Shown here: positions 62,906-64,000 of the stretch, one piece after another | How positions within the stretch are numbered: the first letter of the stretch is position 1 | How the letters are laid out: every line of letters begins with the position of its first letter | Source: Minisyncoccota bacterium | GTDB lineage: Bacteria; Patescibacteriota; Minisyncoccia; Phycocordibacterales; XYD1-FULL-46-19 | Direction of reading: 5' to 3' | Length of the DNA: 64,000 bases | Assembly: GCA_041665625.1 (NCBI GenBank) | Contig: JBAYIK010000004.1 | Location: forward strand, 26,503 to 90,502 | The notes under the pieces: generated by a model | The model's database searches: none | Told to the model about the DNA's origin: nothing | The model's input: only the letters and a program-made list of their open reading frames with translations | Made by a program: the position numbers and the translations under genes

Positions 62906-63436
62906 ATGAGAATGAAAAAAGAAAATAATATTGCTTTTGTCGATGGACAAAATTTGCACCTGGGCACAATGCTAAATAATTGGCGGGTCGATTTATGGAA
63001 ATTTAAAGTTTACCTTAAAGATAAGTATCATGTCACTGAGGCTTATTATTTTTTGGGCTATGTTTCTGACGATGAAAAAGATCTATATGATAACTTGCAG
63101 AAATCAGGCTTCACTCTTTGTTTTAAAGAACATCTTTCTCTTTTGAAAGGATCAAAAAAGGGAAATGTTGATACCGACATTGTCTTTGAGATTATGAAAA
63201 ATCTGATGGACAATAAAGATTTTGATAAAATTGTTTTAGTTTCTGGTGATGGAGATTATAAAAAAGTCGTTGATTATTTAATAAAGAAAGATAAGTTTAG
63301 AAAAGTACTCTTTCCTAACAGGAAATTTGCTTCGTCTTTGTATAAAACTCTAGATTTATCCTTTTACGATAACCTAGACAACCCTGACATTAAGGCGAAA
63401 ATTGAATATTTACAGAAAAAGAAAAGGGCTCCTTAG
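62906..63436 (+). CDS. NYN/LabA-like (PIN-fold) domain protein, second paralog.
   Basis: Motifs IAFVDGQNLHLG and VLVSGDGDYKKVV. Confidence 0.65.
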   Translation: MRMKKENNIAFVDGQNLHLGTMLNNWRVDLWKFKVYLKDKYHVTEAYYFLGYVSDDEKDLYDNLQKSGFTLCFKEHLSLLKGSKKGNVDTDIVFEIMKNLMDNKDFDKIVLVSGDGDYKKVVDYLIKKDKFRKVLFPNRKFASSLYKTLDLSFYDNLDNPDIKAKIEYLQKKKRAP

Positions 63437-63510
63437 GCACTCACACCTTTTGGATCCCTTCTCGTATGGATATGTTGTTATTATAACAAAGTGAAAATAT
63501 AAGTCAAGTT

Positions 63511-64000
63511 TTATTTGCCCTTACTCTTAATTATCTCATCGATAATGCCGTATTTTTTGCTTTCTTCGGCCGAGAGGTAGAAGTCGCGGTCGAGATCTTT
63601 CTCAATCTTCTCTTCGGTCTGACCCGTGTTCTTAGCCATGATCTTGGTGAGGTTCTTCTTAGTTTTAATGATATGTTCGGCCGTTATCGCAATGTCAGAG
63701 GCCTGCCCTTCAGTTCCACCGAGAGGTTGGTGAATCATAATCTCGGCATTTGGGAGAGCAAGTCTCTTACCTTTAGCTCCAGAAGAGAGAACCCAAGCCC
63801 CACCTGAGGCGGCCATACCGACACAGACAGTCGAGACATCGGGTTTGATATAATTCATCGTATCAATAATGGCGAGGGTTGAAGTAACAGAGCCACCAGG
63901 AGAGTTTACATAAAGTGTAATATCCTTAGATCCATCTTCGGCGGCTAAGAAGAGGAGTTGGGCGATAATGATATTGGCAAGGTTGTCGTCGATGCCACCA
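63511..64000 (-). CDS. clpP: ATP-dependent Clp protease proteolytic subunit. Partial: the N-terminus lies beyond the right edge.
   Basis: Active-site region [15 protein letters not shown] and HQPLGG. The frame continues open to 64000 (..[26 protein letters not shown]). Confidence 0.9.
   Translation of the reverse strand, partial: GGIDDNLANIIIAQLLFLAAEDGSKDITLYVNSPGGSVTSTLAIIDTMNYIKPDVSTVCVGMAASGGAWVLSSGAKGKRLALPNAEIMIHQPLGGTEGQASDIAITAEHIIKTKKNLTKIMAKNTGQTEEKIEKDLDRDFYLSAEESKKYGIIDEIIKSKGK

Noticed and set aside
1-64000. CRISPR arrays, rRNA genes, IS elements or transposases.
   Set aside because: No regularly spaced direct repeats with unique spacers were seen. No rRNA-like conserved stretches were seen. 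The only recombinase is the XerC-like gene, and no terminal inverted repeats flank it.

Overview
The backbone of this window looks like a small, AT-rich genome of the Patescibacteria/CPR type. This placement is an inference from gene content and composition only. Housekeeping genes present: rsmA/ksgA, uvrD/pcrA, comM, pnp, rpsO, cca, a DEAD-box helicase, alr, HU, an H+-pyrophosphatase (hppA), RNase Y, clpP, and six tRNAs. Positions 1-12486 carry a co-directional type IV secretion / conjugation-like module of the Gram-positive type. It contains a VirB4 ATPase, a PrgI/VirB3-like protein, a VirB6-like polytopic protein, a secreted GH24-lysozyme (VirB1-like) protein, and secreted or membrane unknowns. 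A second module at 17782-22811 carries a VirD4/HerA-like ATPase and a LysM-M23 peptidase. Two visibly GC-richer blocks are embedded in this backbone, at about 29.7-31.8 kb and about 33.0-39.1 kb. They sit on either side of rpsO and separate it from pnp. They encode a lipoprotein with an SPFH-like domain, a protein that looks like an outer-membrane beta-barrel, and other unknowns. The most striking element lies on the minus strand inside block 2, at about 36.1-39.1 kb. It is one transcription unit with a consensus sigma70 promoter at one end and an intrinsic terminator at the other. It contains four small unknown ORFs. A complete type III hammerhead ribozyme follows each of the first three, about 35-60 nt after the stop codon. 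All three ribozymes have an intact catalytic core. Their stem II sequences differ but still pair (covariation). A repeated 12-bp-stem hairpin, also with compensatory substitutions, accompanies two of the three ribozymes. An XerC-like tyrosine recombinase and a TrmB-family regulator lie next to this array. An unassigned structured-RNA candidate of about 360 nt lies between them; it has its own consensus promoter and terminator. Other points of interest: a (TC)9 dinucleotide repeat in the signal-peptide coding region of a 1110-aa surface protein with leucine-rich repeats (a phase-variation candidate); identical upstream motifs on two adjacent accessory genes; conserved leader hairpins before two tRNA-Gly genes; att-like repeats containing copies of the tRNA-Gly 3' end; and a small self-contained peptide gene with its own promoter, ribosome-binding site and terminator. 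No CRISPR array and no rRNA were seen.
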